DNA of 64,000 nucleotides from the human T2T-CHM13v2.0 reference genome, Homo sapiens. Below are positions 53,082 through 64,000 of this stretch, piece by piece. The notes under the pieces were generated by a model. It did not search any database, had not been told where the DNA came from, and saw only the letters and a program-made list of their open reading frames with translations. Numbering within the stretch: position 1 is the stretch's first letter; the number at the start of each line of letters is the position of its first letter. The stretch lies in assembly GCF_009914755.1 (NCBI RefSeq), contig NC_060940.1; one strand, written 5' to 3'. The translations under genes and the position numbers were made by a program.

Positions 53082-53949
53082 GCATACATTTCTTCCACAG
53101 ATGTTCACTGAGTTCCTGTCTGTCAGGCCCTGGGCTGGGCACTGGGCACAGACAGGTTGAGAAGCTCCAGCGCCCTCCCGTGAGGAGCTCACAATTTCAT
53201 GGTGAGGGTGCCGATGGCCAAACTCATAGACCCTGAAGACCATTAAGAGGCAAAAAAGAAGGCTTGGCTCTTCTCTGGAGACTAGGCCGTGGTTCTGGCC
53301 CTTGAGTCTTTGAGTCCCTATAGCATATGAAGGCACAAGAACACTCAGCCCCCACACCCAGAGCATCCCACCCTGCTCTCCCGGCCCCACCTGCAGAGCC
53401 ACCCGGCCTGCACATCACCTCACTATGATTTCCGGTTGGGAAAGAGGTTGTGGCCAATCCCCCTTCTCCCCACTGCCCACCACTGGCCACTCCCTGGCAG
53501 GTTCCAGCCACAGTGGCTCTCACAAGGCTGGCTTTACAACTCACTTTCTCCAGGAGCTAGGGCCAAGCCCGAGAATGCACCTTAACCACTGAGAGATTCC
53601 CTTTCCAGGCGAAGAAGTAGCCCTTGAGGCTGAAGTGGCAGCCATGTTCGTGCTCAGCAGGGGTGAAGTTGGGTCCCGTTATTTGTTCACTTAGCAAACA
53701 AGGCACCTGGCCCTGTGCAGTAGACGGAAGAGAGCAAGTGAGGCACAATCCTGGCCTTTTAAGGACTATAGAGAGAGGACTTCCAATAGGAGATGCTTAA
53801 GGAAGAAGCTGGCCTTTTAGCTGCCCTTTAAGGACAGCCCAGGTGAGGATTTGCACTGGGTGTGTGTGTGAGAGCTTGAGAGATGGTTTTCCAGGCAGAG
53901 TGAACCCCCGGACAACAGCACGAAGGTGGGAATGGCACCGATCATGATC

Positions 53950-54180
53950 GCTGCTAACACTGATGGTAGGCTCACTGTGTGCCAGACACCATTCTTAACC
54001 TCCACCCATATTAGCTCATTTAAGCCTCACGACTGCCCTGCGCATTAAATACTCTCATCCTCCCTATTTTACAGATGAGAAAACTGAGGCGCAGAGAGGC
54101 CCAGGTCCTGCCACTGGTGATGGCAGTGCTGGGTCTGCACCCATGCAGTCTGTCTGCAGAGCCCACTCTTCACCACCACA
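53950..54180 (-). mobile_element. MIR
   Basis: cctattttacagatgagaaaactgaggcgcagagagg. Confidence 0.8.
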
Positions 54181-56465
54181 CTGTTCTGCCTGTGAGATGT
54201 GAAAAGTGCAGCATATGTTGGGGGAACAATGAATAATTCAGCTTGGCAGAAGCACAGGGTATGTGCCATGGAGACCAGCCTGGAGAGGAAGGCGGGGGCC
54301 TTATTGATGAGGCTCCTTGATGCCAGACGAGGCAGCTTGCCCTTAAATCTGGGCCATGGGGAGCCATGGAAGGTATTTGAGCTGTGGAGTTACAGGAGAG
54401 GCAAGACACAGGGAGAAGCTCATGCCTCCAGCCAAAAAGGTGTGTCAGCAGGGCCTTCTCGCCCATCATTTCCCTCTGCTCCCATCCCCTGTTCCCTGGA
54501 AAACCTTCCCCTTTCCTCCCACACTTTACTTCTTTCCCTTTGGGAAGGGTATAGATACAGGCAGCCCTGCCTCCCCTATCTGCTGTGTATCACCTGGGCA
54601 GCCCCTCTCTGCTTGTGAGCACTTATTTTTAGAAGCATTTGACAATCGTCCAAGGGTCTAAGACGAACAGATGGCCTGTCTTAAAGGCTCATATGTTCGC
54701 TAGTTTGCACTTCTGACAAACGGTAAGCATACTCGAGAGCACACCATAAACAGCGCCGAATGAATACTCAGAACACAATTTAGCTAATGCATGTCATTAA
54801 AATTAGGAGTGAGTGATGGCCAAGGTTCCCTCTAAATGCCTGCCCTGTGATGCAGTCAATCCCCCGGGGCCCAGGCTATGACGTGGACACACCTCACTTC
54901 TCCCATGACCCCCACCCAGCAAGCCGAGGTTTGCCTCATTTACGCAGAGGGCAGGGCAAGGTTTGCCCGAGTGGGTGTGACACCCAACCCTGGCCTCAGA
55001 GTGAAGCTGGTGGCCCACTGGCCTTGGACAAAGCCCTGAGATGTCCTATGGCAGAGGGAGCAGCAGCTCTTCCATGCACGGGATGTGCGTGAGGTTTTCC
55101 CGTCCCTGCCTGCCAGACAGTGAGGCAGCCTGTCGTCTGCCACCCCGGAGCAGCAGGAGATGAGTGTTGCAACGCTCAGCCAGGGAAGCTGTCTCTCATG
55201 TGAGAGCCTCAATTCATCCGGAACTCCCGGCCTAGAGGGAGATTCCAACTTCCAGGGAGCAAGGGGATTGGCTTTGGGGTGGGGGTTCTGCAGCTTCCTT
55301 GCCAAACCAGTAGCAGAAGCAGATGCAGCGACCTGAGTCACCTGGGGTAACATTTGAGAAAGAGCCACATCCACACAGCCTCTGACCCAGACTCCTTTTA
55401 TTGATGCCAACCGGATCCAGGTTTTCCGTGTTCTTGAGATGCTCTATGGAGCCGAGGCGGGGAGGAGGGTGCCCCCCACTTTCCGTGAACCCCCTCTTGC
55501 CAGGACACAAAAGACCAACGCAGGTGGCTTGGTCAACAATCAGTTCCACGAGCAGGAAACTCTTCCCTCGCATGAAAACGTGGGAGAAAATATTGTGGGG
55601 AAGAAAAAAGCCCAATAAACTCCCAAGAGGGCAGGTTCTGTACTGCTGTACTTTGGAAATAAAACCCACCAGGGGATAGATTATTAGGAGGGAACCGAAG
55701 CCTTCTATTAGGAACCCAGCCCGTAAACAGGCTCCCATTCAGAGTCACCCAACAAAACAAGGGGACTAATAATACCTGCCTGGAGGGACAGGGGACTCAG
55801 GGGAGCTGCACTTCAGAATGCAAATGGGCCCCGTCAGTCTGTTTGTGAGCAGAGAATTGGGTGAGCGGTGAGACTTTAGATAGCAGCCGTGCAAGGGAAA
55901 ATGAGAGTTTTATGGCTGTTGTCACAAGCAAAGGAAGATGGAATGCTTCCAGGGCTGCTTATAGACTTGCTCCTCCTCAGCAACAGAGTCTATGCCTGAC
56001 TCTGAGGCCTGAGTTAATGTGACCCCCACCTACTGCTGCTGTTTCTCCAAAGAAGGTGGGGGTACCCTGTGGCTAAGCCCCTTGGGGACAGGGTACCTAG
56101 CAGCAGATTCAGGACTGAAAATCGGGGGTCCTAGCAACAGTGTGCCAGGTGACCACAAGTTCACTTCTGTGGCCTTTGGCCCCCTCCTGGGTAGAAATGC
56201 TGCACTGATCTTGTCAACCTGTGGCCACTGCAAACTCCATTCTAACCACAGCAGCCTGCTTGAAACCAGGCCCCCGTGGGACAGCTCATCTCAAATATGA
56301 ATTAGTGCACAGTCCCCTGCCCTAAAAGAGCCTGAATCAGACCCCTAAAAGATGGGGCCCCAATCTGATGCTGCTGGGCCAGGAATCCAGTCAAGTGCAC
56401 CTCTTGCAAAGCCTTGAGAAGAGCCTGGGGTGGAAGTGACGAAACTCCATAAAAAATGGCACTGG

Positions 56466-56743
56466 AGCTGGGTGAGTGGCTCATGCCCGGAATCCCAGCA
56501 CTTTGGAGGCTGAAGTGGGAGGATCACTTGAAGCCAGGAGTTTGAGATCAGCCTGGGTGAAACCCCATCTCTACGAAAAAAAAAAAAAATTAGGTGGGTG
56601 TGGTGGCGTGTGCCTGTAGTCCCAGCTACTCGGATGGCTGAGGCGGGAGGATCACTTGAGCCCAGAAATTTGAGGCTGCAGTGAACTAGGATCATGCCAG
56701 TGCACTCCAGCCACAGGGTGAGACCTCATTTAAAAAAAAAAAA
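56466..56743 (+). mobile_element. AluJ
   Basis: Dimer with ggaggatcacttgagcccag and small internal deletions. Confidence 0.9.
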
Positions 56744-57233
56744 GGCTATTGGGTGGACGGGTTCTCAAAACCAAAAAAGGGTTCACTTCAAAGTATATCT
56801 GTTGCTCTTAGTGTGGGTCAAAGAAGATCATGCACGTGAAGCAGTTTGGGAAGACGGAAGCACCTGTCAGCAGGGGTACCAATGCTCAGAAAATGTTTAT
56901 GTCATGAAAAAGAGCGGGTGAATTCCAGGAGATCTGTCTGCAGTGGGGAGGATTCCTCTGACCACATGGAACTGCATGTCTGGATGGAGGCCTCAAGATT
57001 AGAGTGTGGGTGCTGTCAGGTTCACACCATGGACAAGTGCAGCACAGGCCAGGTGCAAAGCAGTAAGACCCAGTGGGGTCTGTGTCAGCCCCAAGAACTC
57101 AAACTTTGTCAAGAAGAGGCAGCACTTGTCAGCTCTAGGCAATGACTGCCACATGCGAATATAGGCCCAGTGTTGCTTCCGGTTTTGCAAGAAAACTGGA
57201 AATTTAGATTTGTTTAAAATATCAGCTTTCTTA

Positions 57234-57870
57234 GAGGAATGCTTATACACTGTTGGTGGGAATGCAGATTAGTTCAGACACTGTGGAAAGCAGTTTGGAG
57301 ATTTTTCAAAGAACTAAGAATTGAACTACCATTCAACCCAGCAATCCCATTACTGCAGATGCATCCAAAGGAAAATAAGCATTCCACCAAAAAGAAACAT
57401 GAACTCATATGTCCACTGCAGCACTATTGACAGTAGCGAAGACATGAAACCAACCCAGGCGCCCACCAAGAGTGGGTTGGATAATGAAAATGTGGTACAT
57501 ATATATATCATGGAATATTATGCATCCATAAAAAAGAATAAAATCATGTCCTTTGCAGCAACATGGATGCAGCTAGCAGCCATTATCCTAAGTGAACTAA
57601 TGCAGACACAGAAAACCAAATACCACATGTTCTCACTCATAAGTGGGAGTTAAACACTGTGGTGCGCACAGACATAAAGTTGGGAGCAATAGAAACTGGG
57701 GAATAAAAGAGCTGGGAGGGAGGGAGGGGACAAGGGTTGAAAAACAACCTATGAGGTACTATGTTCATGACCTGGGTGATGCATTCAGTCATACCCCAAA
57801 CCTCAGCAGCATGCAATATACCCATGTAATTAACCTGCACATGTATTCCTGGAATCTAAAATAAAAGTTG
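57234..57870 (+). mobile_element. L1P (L1PA13-16/L1PB-like) 3' end, splitting a Charlie-type fossil
   Basis: ORF2 C-terminal motifs (HCWWECRLVQTLWK; SFAATWMQL...KTKYHMFSL) and a 3' UTR ending aacctgcacatgta...ctaaaataaaag. Confidence 0.9.
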
Positions 57871-58599
57871 GGGGAAAACGGAAGTAAAATAAATCCATAA
57901 ACTTTCTTGATGTTTAAAGTACTATGCAAGCCCACGAAAACATATCTGCAGGTTGAATCTGGCCCTCGGGCCACCAGCTTGAGACCTCTGGGGTTGGTGA
58001 GGGCCTCGAGAAGCCCCAGACACCCTGAAGTGAGGTGGGGAGTGGTGTCATTAGGCAGCAGATGGCCCAACATTAGTTGAATCCTCAGCCAAGGGGCTGG
58101 GATGTGGGACTCGGTGTGGTTAAGTTCTGACAAAGAGGGTAAGGGTAGAAGATGAAGTTCTGTTAAGACAGAACCATCCATATGTCCTGGGTTCTGCTGC
58201 CTCATGGGCATTCCCACCCAGCCAGCCCAAGTGTTTCTGGGTGCGCCAGGTGCTGGCAAACCTGGGAGACCAAGGAGCATGTAAGGAGACCAGAAACTCC
58301 CACTTTCCTAGAGCCACCCAGGAGGCTCAACACGGCTGTCTCGGGGGTTGTCCGTGGGCTATCTGGAGAGACAAGCGCCAGAGTTTGCCACATGACCGCA
58401 TTCAAAAATCTGGACCATAAGTAACCCCCACACCTTCCTTGCTTCAAAGGACCTGAGATCCCTCCCTTCTACCCTCCACAGTGTCCCATGGGGAATAGGA
58501 GAGGCCAGGCATGGTAGAGGGGCAGCCCCTTGGGGTGCTTACGAAAGCAGCCTCCCAAGGCAGCGTTCCTATTACTGTGCACACACCACTCTATATGCA

Positions 58600-58620
58600 T
58601 GCACACACACAAATACTCTA

Positions 58621-58653
<33 letters not shown>

Positions 58654-58915
58654 GCCCCCGTCATGTGCCCACCCTCCCCACACACGGATACCCCCCAATC
58701 CCATGTGCCCACACACATAGGTCCCCACAATCCCATGTGCACGCATACACACACACACACACACATATGGATGCCCCACAATCCCATGCACACTCACACA
58801 CACACGGATACCCCACAATCCCATGCACACTCATGGACACCCCACAACCCCATGCAGGTACACACTCATGGATACCCTCGAATCCCCCCCCAGAAACACA
58901 CACACACACCCCAGT
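58600..58915 (+). repeat. (CA)n plus ~30-40 bp minisatellite (cacacggataccccacaatcccatg)
   Basis: About six degenerate copies interleaved with CA runs. Confidence 0.9.
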
Positions 58916-59829
58916 CCTGACACTAACCATGTAGTGCTAAGCGGTCAGAGGCCAGTTACTTTTACTTTGGCCTTCTGTCTACCCTGTGCGGCTAATCTGC
59001 CCCACGTTCACCCCACTGCTGAGTCCCTCCAGCAGCCCCACCTGCCCAGGACGCAAGGGCCCCTTGAAGGCCCCCTTCCTGGCAAAGGAAAGCTGAGAAA
59101 ACAACGTGAAGCACAGTCCGGGTTGTCTCCTCGAGGAGGCAGAGCTGTAGAAGGGTTTCTGCTTTTTAAACTCCCTGGCGGGTCCCACCCACACCCGGAA
59201 CACATCCGGACTCTGACCACAGCCCAGATGGCCCTCCATGGTCTGGTTCTCGCTGGCCCACAGCCTCAGCCACCACCTTCTGCCAGGCCCCCAAACACCG
59301 CAGCCCGGAAGCCCCTCCCCCTCCCAGCAGCACTCCCGCTATCCAGAGTGTCCCCCACACCCCAGTTTTCCTGGGGCTTCTCCACATCGGAGCCATCCTC
59401 CTGGAGCAGGCTTCCTGTCCGCTGACCACAGACTCCCATCACAACATCGCTCTGCACCTTGCAGAGGCTTCAACTCTGCATGTCCTGCAACTTGCAGTGA
59501 CCTGGTTGTTGACGCACCATGGCCAACTGCCCCTCATGACACCATCAGCGCAACAAGACAGGGACCTTGTCTCAGCTCTCCACTGTACCCCATTAGCTCA
59601 GAGCCTGTGCTTGGTAAAAACTCAACGAGTATTTCTGAAATGACAGCCCGCAAGCTACTGTAGCAAAGCCAGGCCTCCACTGATAGGGTCAAGGGAGAAG
59701 AAGAAAAAATACAGTTGCCCCGCTCCACTGTCTTCCCCATAACCCTTGCCCCGGCCATGCCCAGAGCAGGTTATACCTTTTTCTTAAAGCTGGGATGGAT
59801 CCTTTGAGGACACTAGGCCAGGTGGAATG

Positions 59830-60105
59830 AATTATTATATGATTTCTCTTGTACGAGGTGCCTAAAACAGCCAAATCATAGAGATGGAAAGTGGAACAGT
59901 GGCTGCTGGGGGCTGGGAAAAGGGGAAATGGGGAGTTAATGTTTAACAGGAACAGAGTTTCAGATGGGAAAGATGAAAAAGTTCTGGAGGTAGATGGTGG
60001 TGATGATTGCACAACAGTGTCAATGTGCTGAATGCCACTGAACCAGCACTTAAAAGTGGTTAAGATGGTAAATTTTATGCTACGTGAATTTTTACAATGA
60101 AAAAC
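59830..60105 (+). mobile_element. L1MB 3' end
   Basis: gatgaaaaagttctggag...ggtggtgatgattgcacaaca...cacttaaaagtggttaagatggtaaattttatg. Confidence 0.85.
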
Positions 60106-60106
60106 A

Positions 60107-60435
<329 letters not shown>

Positions 60436-60980
60436 TTAGAAGGTAAGAGAAAGGGTTGCTGCACCAATAGCTAAGACACTCAGCGACATTCCTGGCTGGA
60501 AGGTGCACAGATCATAGCAGCCCGAGACATCCTCAGCTGGGTGGGAGGGAGCCACAGCATCCCAGGACAACATGCCACCAGCTGAGTGCAAGCAGAGGGG
60601 CTTTCTCTGTGCTGCTGGGGCTGAGCCATCCACTGTTGTCTACAGTGTGGCTCCCAGTGCCAGCTAGTGGAAGAACAGAAGACCTCAAGAGACTTGTGGA
60701 ACTGGGAGCTCTTTCCCCTATGGAAAGGCCTCACCTGCAGTCATAGGCCAGTCCAGCAAAGGGGGCCCTGATGGCTTACAAATGCTGCAGGAAGGAAGTG
60801 TCTGTGTTTGCTCTGGCAGGGCAGGTGGGAGGCAGGAAGGTGAGCACAGGGCACACCTACACATGACATGTTTTGCCAGGTTGGAAAAAAATAAGTGGGA
60901 GAAAATTTTTTCTGACTCTGCAAGCCTTTACCACTTTAAATATTTATTCATCAAAATATGATGAGAAAACCAAGATCCAC

Positions 60981-61088
60981 ATAGAGTCACCATATTCCAC
61001 AAACCAAAAATCAGGACAAACAGCCAAGAGCTGGGATGGAGTACTTGAAATCAGGACTGTACTGGAAAATCTAGGTCACACGGTCACT
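60981..61088. mobile_element. hAT-Blackjack MITE (MER94/MER81-like)
   Basis: agagtcaccatat...aaatcaggactgtactggaaaatct...ggtcact, with inverted-type ends. Confidence 0.5.
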
Positions 61089-62049
61089 AATTATACAGAA
61101 CACATATGTTCAGGTCCCCAAACTAACCCAGTGCTTTTAGGATTTGCAAATGATATAAGGAAACTTTGATCGTGTCCATTTTTACTTTCTTCCAAATTTT
61201 GGTTAAAAGGAAAACTTTCCTGCATCCTCAAAATTTCTAGAAAATTAAGTCCTACAGACTAAGAACTGTTCTGGCGGATATTCTTAGGGGGCCTCCTCAG
61301 AAAACATGGCCCATCAACCCCCAAGAATGGCCCCCAGCCCCTCATGGCCCAGCCCCCTTGCTGACAGACCCCCAGGCTGCAGGGCAGAAGCTTGTAAGGA
61401 TGGACCTAATTTGCTGTGATAAATTGTGTGCACGCACCAGTGATCAAAACTGCAGCTGAGACCGATTACACTTTATGATTGTGACGGTTCTTGGGAAACA
61501 CGTAGGTGTACATCCTTGCCAGTCCAGAGAGGGGGTCCAACCTGGCACCCAGCAAAGGGTGATCCCGTCACCCAGAAAGGCAGGGCTCCATGGGCTGCCC
61601 ACTCTTTGGAAGCTGGTCCCACTGATGAGGCTGAAGAATGCTGTGGCCTGGCCTCAAATGCCTCGTCTGCCCTCTCATACATACCCAGCCTCCAACCAAA
61701 CAGTGGGCACATTGTCACTGCCCAGATACCTGCCCCACAATGATCAAGTGGGTCTGCCCTGTGCCCCCCACTTCTATCACCAGGCAGAAGTCACTGGTTT
61801 TCATAATGCAAACCAAGAATTATCTATATCGCCAGTCTGTCCCATCCCACTCATCTCACCAGAGGGGTGTGTGCTTTCGTGTGTGTGTGTATGTGTGTGT
61901 AGGTATATGCACAGTTTTAAAGTAAGGAGAGGGATAGGTAAGAGTGAAGTGTGAAATTAAGAGCACACGAAGAAGGCATCCGAAAAGCTGTGTGGTTCTT
62001 GACACGTACCTCACACTCAATACTGGAGGGTGATGATGGTGAAAGAACG

Positions 62050-62700
62050 TGTAGCTGGATGGATAGGGAGATGGATGGTAGATGATGGATGGATGGATAA
62101 ATGATGGATAGGTGGGTAGATGGGTATGGGGGAATGGATGGTAGACAGATGATGGACAGATGGATGGATGGGTAGATGGAGGAATAGGTAGGTGGAAGAT
62201 GGATAGTGGATGAATTGGTGAGTGGGTGGATGGGTGGATAGATAGGTGGGTAGGTGGAGGAGTGGGTGGATGACAGATTGATGGGTAGATGAATGAATAG
62301 ATGGATGGATGGATAGATGAAATGGTGTGTAGGTGATGGACAGATGTATGGATGGATGGAAAGGTGGGTGGATAGATAGATGGAAGGATCGGTGGACAGA
62401 TTGGTGAGTGGATGGATAAGTGGAGAGATGGGTAGGTGGACGAATGGGTAGGTGATAGATTGATAGACAGATGGATTGATGGATGAGTGGATGGGTGGCT
62501 GGAGGATGGATGAGAGGATGGATGCATGGATGGATGGATGGGTGGATGGATTGGTGAGTGGATGGATGAGTAGATGGATTGGTGAGTGGATGGATGAGTA
62601 GATGGATTGGTGGGTGGATGGATAAATGTGTAGATGAATGGATGAATGGTGGGAGGAAGAGGAGTGCATGAATAAATAAGTGGGTAGGACGGTAAACATT
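62050..62700 (+). repeat. Degenerate (GGAT)n tract
   Basis: About 650 bp of tgga/ggat units with higher-order gatggattggtgagtggatggatgagta copies. Confidence 0.95.
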
Positions 62701-62992
62701 GATGAGTTGATGAGAAGACAATGGGCTTTGGAGATCAAATCTTGCCTTGGCTAATTACTGTCTTTCTGACCCTAGCCAAGTCACTCGCTTCTCTAAGCAC
62801 TCCTTCACTCACCTGAAAAGTAAGACTAATAATATCTACCTCATTGCCTTGTTAGAAGCTTCAAGTTAGATAACATATGTAAAAGGTTTTATAACATGTA
62901 AAATGCTGTATGGACACTTAATAGGGTCATAACTAATACTAACCACAGGGCTTTGTCATCTCTGTCAACTAAAAAACATGGATGATCCCACA

Positions 62993-63121
62993 TTTTTTTT
63001 TGGTAGATACGGGGTCTCATTATGTTGTCCAGCCTGGTCTCAAACTCTTGACCTCAAGCCATTCTCCTGCCTCAGCCTCCCAAAGCACTGGGATTACAGG
63101 TGTGAGCCACCACGCCTGGCC
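62993..63121 (-). mobile_element. FLAM/Alu monomer
   Basis: Single antisense monomer with TSD ccacattttt. Confidence 0.85.
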
Positions 63122-63925
63122 AATACCACATTTTTGATGTGGCAGCTTCTGAGGCAAAGATGAGGAAACAAAGATGGCGCACAGGTCAGGGCTGCAGCTG
63201 TCTAGACTATACCTCCAGGTGTGGCCTCAGCTGGGAAACTGGTCACTGTGCAGGAAGCAGAGAGCCTCACTTGCCTCCTCCGCTCAAACACTCAAACCCA
63301 AATGAGTAGAACACATTCCACACTCCCACCACAAGCCCCACTTCTCTCTGCCAGTATCCTACTTTAATGCCCAGGTCCCAAGCCTGTATTCAAGTCTACA
63401 AAATGGTGAGAGTCAAGAGCATTTCTAGTAGCCCCTAGAAGGTTGCAGAGGCACCAATGGTTGCAGAGGCACCAATGAGATAATAATTGCAAACTGTGAA
63501 GTGTTTCAACGGGGTTACAAACTCACAGTGCAAGTTGGTAATAAGCCAGGTAAGGAAGGCCAGTTGTGGGCTGTGTTGAACCAGGAAGCACATCCCAGTA
63601 TCCAAAGGGGTCACACAGAAATGTCGGCCAGGGGCTGCCAGGCCTGATTTATAGAAAAATCAATAAATCCAGCCATTTAGTGTGGTGGTGAAGAGGACAG
63701 AATCCGGGGCTGGTGGCCTGGGTCCAGCATTAAACAGCTCTGAGGCCTTGCGGGGTTAGTTGACCTCTCTGTGCCTCATTTTGCTTGTCTTCATATTAGA
63801 GGCATTGTGAGAATCAAATGTTTTTATGCCTACCAGTGCTAAGAACAATGCCGGGCACTCAAAAAGCACTAGCGAAATGACTCTTTATGATGATGGAAAT
63901 TCTCTGTTTTAAAACACAGACAACC

Positions 63926-64000
63926 AGCTAGGCGCATGGCTCATGCCTGTAATCCCAGCACTTTGGAAGACCAAGGCAGTAAAATTGTTTGAGGCCAGGA
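63926..64000 (+). mobile_element. Alu 5' end (cut by the window edge)
   Basis: ggctcatgcctgtaatcccagcactttgg. Confidence 0.85.

Noticed and set aside
57239-57653. ORFs with L1 ORF2 C-terminal similarity
   Set aside because: A frameshifted fragment of a dead 5'-truncated L1, not a gene.
58600-58915. Repeat-spacer-like array, superficially CRISPR-like
   Set aside because: The spacers are CA runs, the repeats are degenerate, there are no cas genes and the DNA is human. It is a minisatellite.
61856-62738. His/Pro/Ser-rich ORFs (223-273 aa)
   Set aside because: Translations of the (GGAT)n repeat.

Overview
Human (primate) genomic DNA, rich in Alu, L1, L2, MIR and MaLR repeats. It holds the 3' end of ZNF423 (OAZ/Zfp423, chr16q12.1) on the minus strand. 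The terminal coding segment at 47126-47097 reads NHTMSQHAQ-stop behind a canonical acceptor. It is followed by a 3' UTR with a proximal AATAAA (46451-46446) and a probable distal AATAAA (43374-43369). Positions 47127-64000 are part of the last intron, and about 1-43.3 kb is downstream intergenic DNA. That downstream DNA carries two ancient L1M elements, two CpG-rich patches (one with a strong CTCF motif, one with CCAAT/GC boxes) and a ~0.9 kb polypurine tract; a third CpG island lies inside the last intron. None of the supplied ORFs is a credible gene. I found no evidence of a new coding or multi-gene system. The best second-look items are: (i) a candidate upstream acceptor that would remove both His ligands of the last ZNF423 zinc finger; (ii) several locally templated rearrangement scars, namely a 19-nt patch copied into an Alu from 2.2 kb away, a 158-bp spacerless palindrome and a 69-bp dispersed duplication; (iii) a ~40-nt poly(A)-tailed micro-retrocopy; (iv) a 3'-truncated L1 that still appears to have TSDs; and (v) a (GGGGCC)4 repeat and an RFX X-box at the intronic CpG island. 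Repeat subfamily calls are by eye and their boundaries are approximate.
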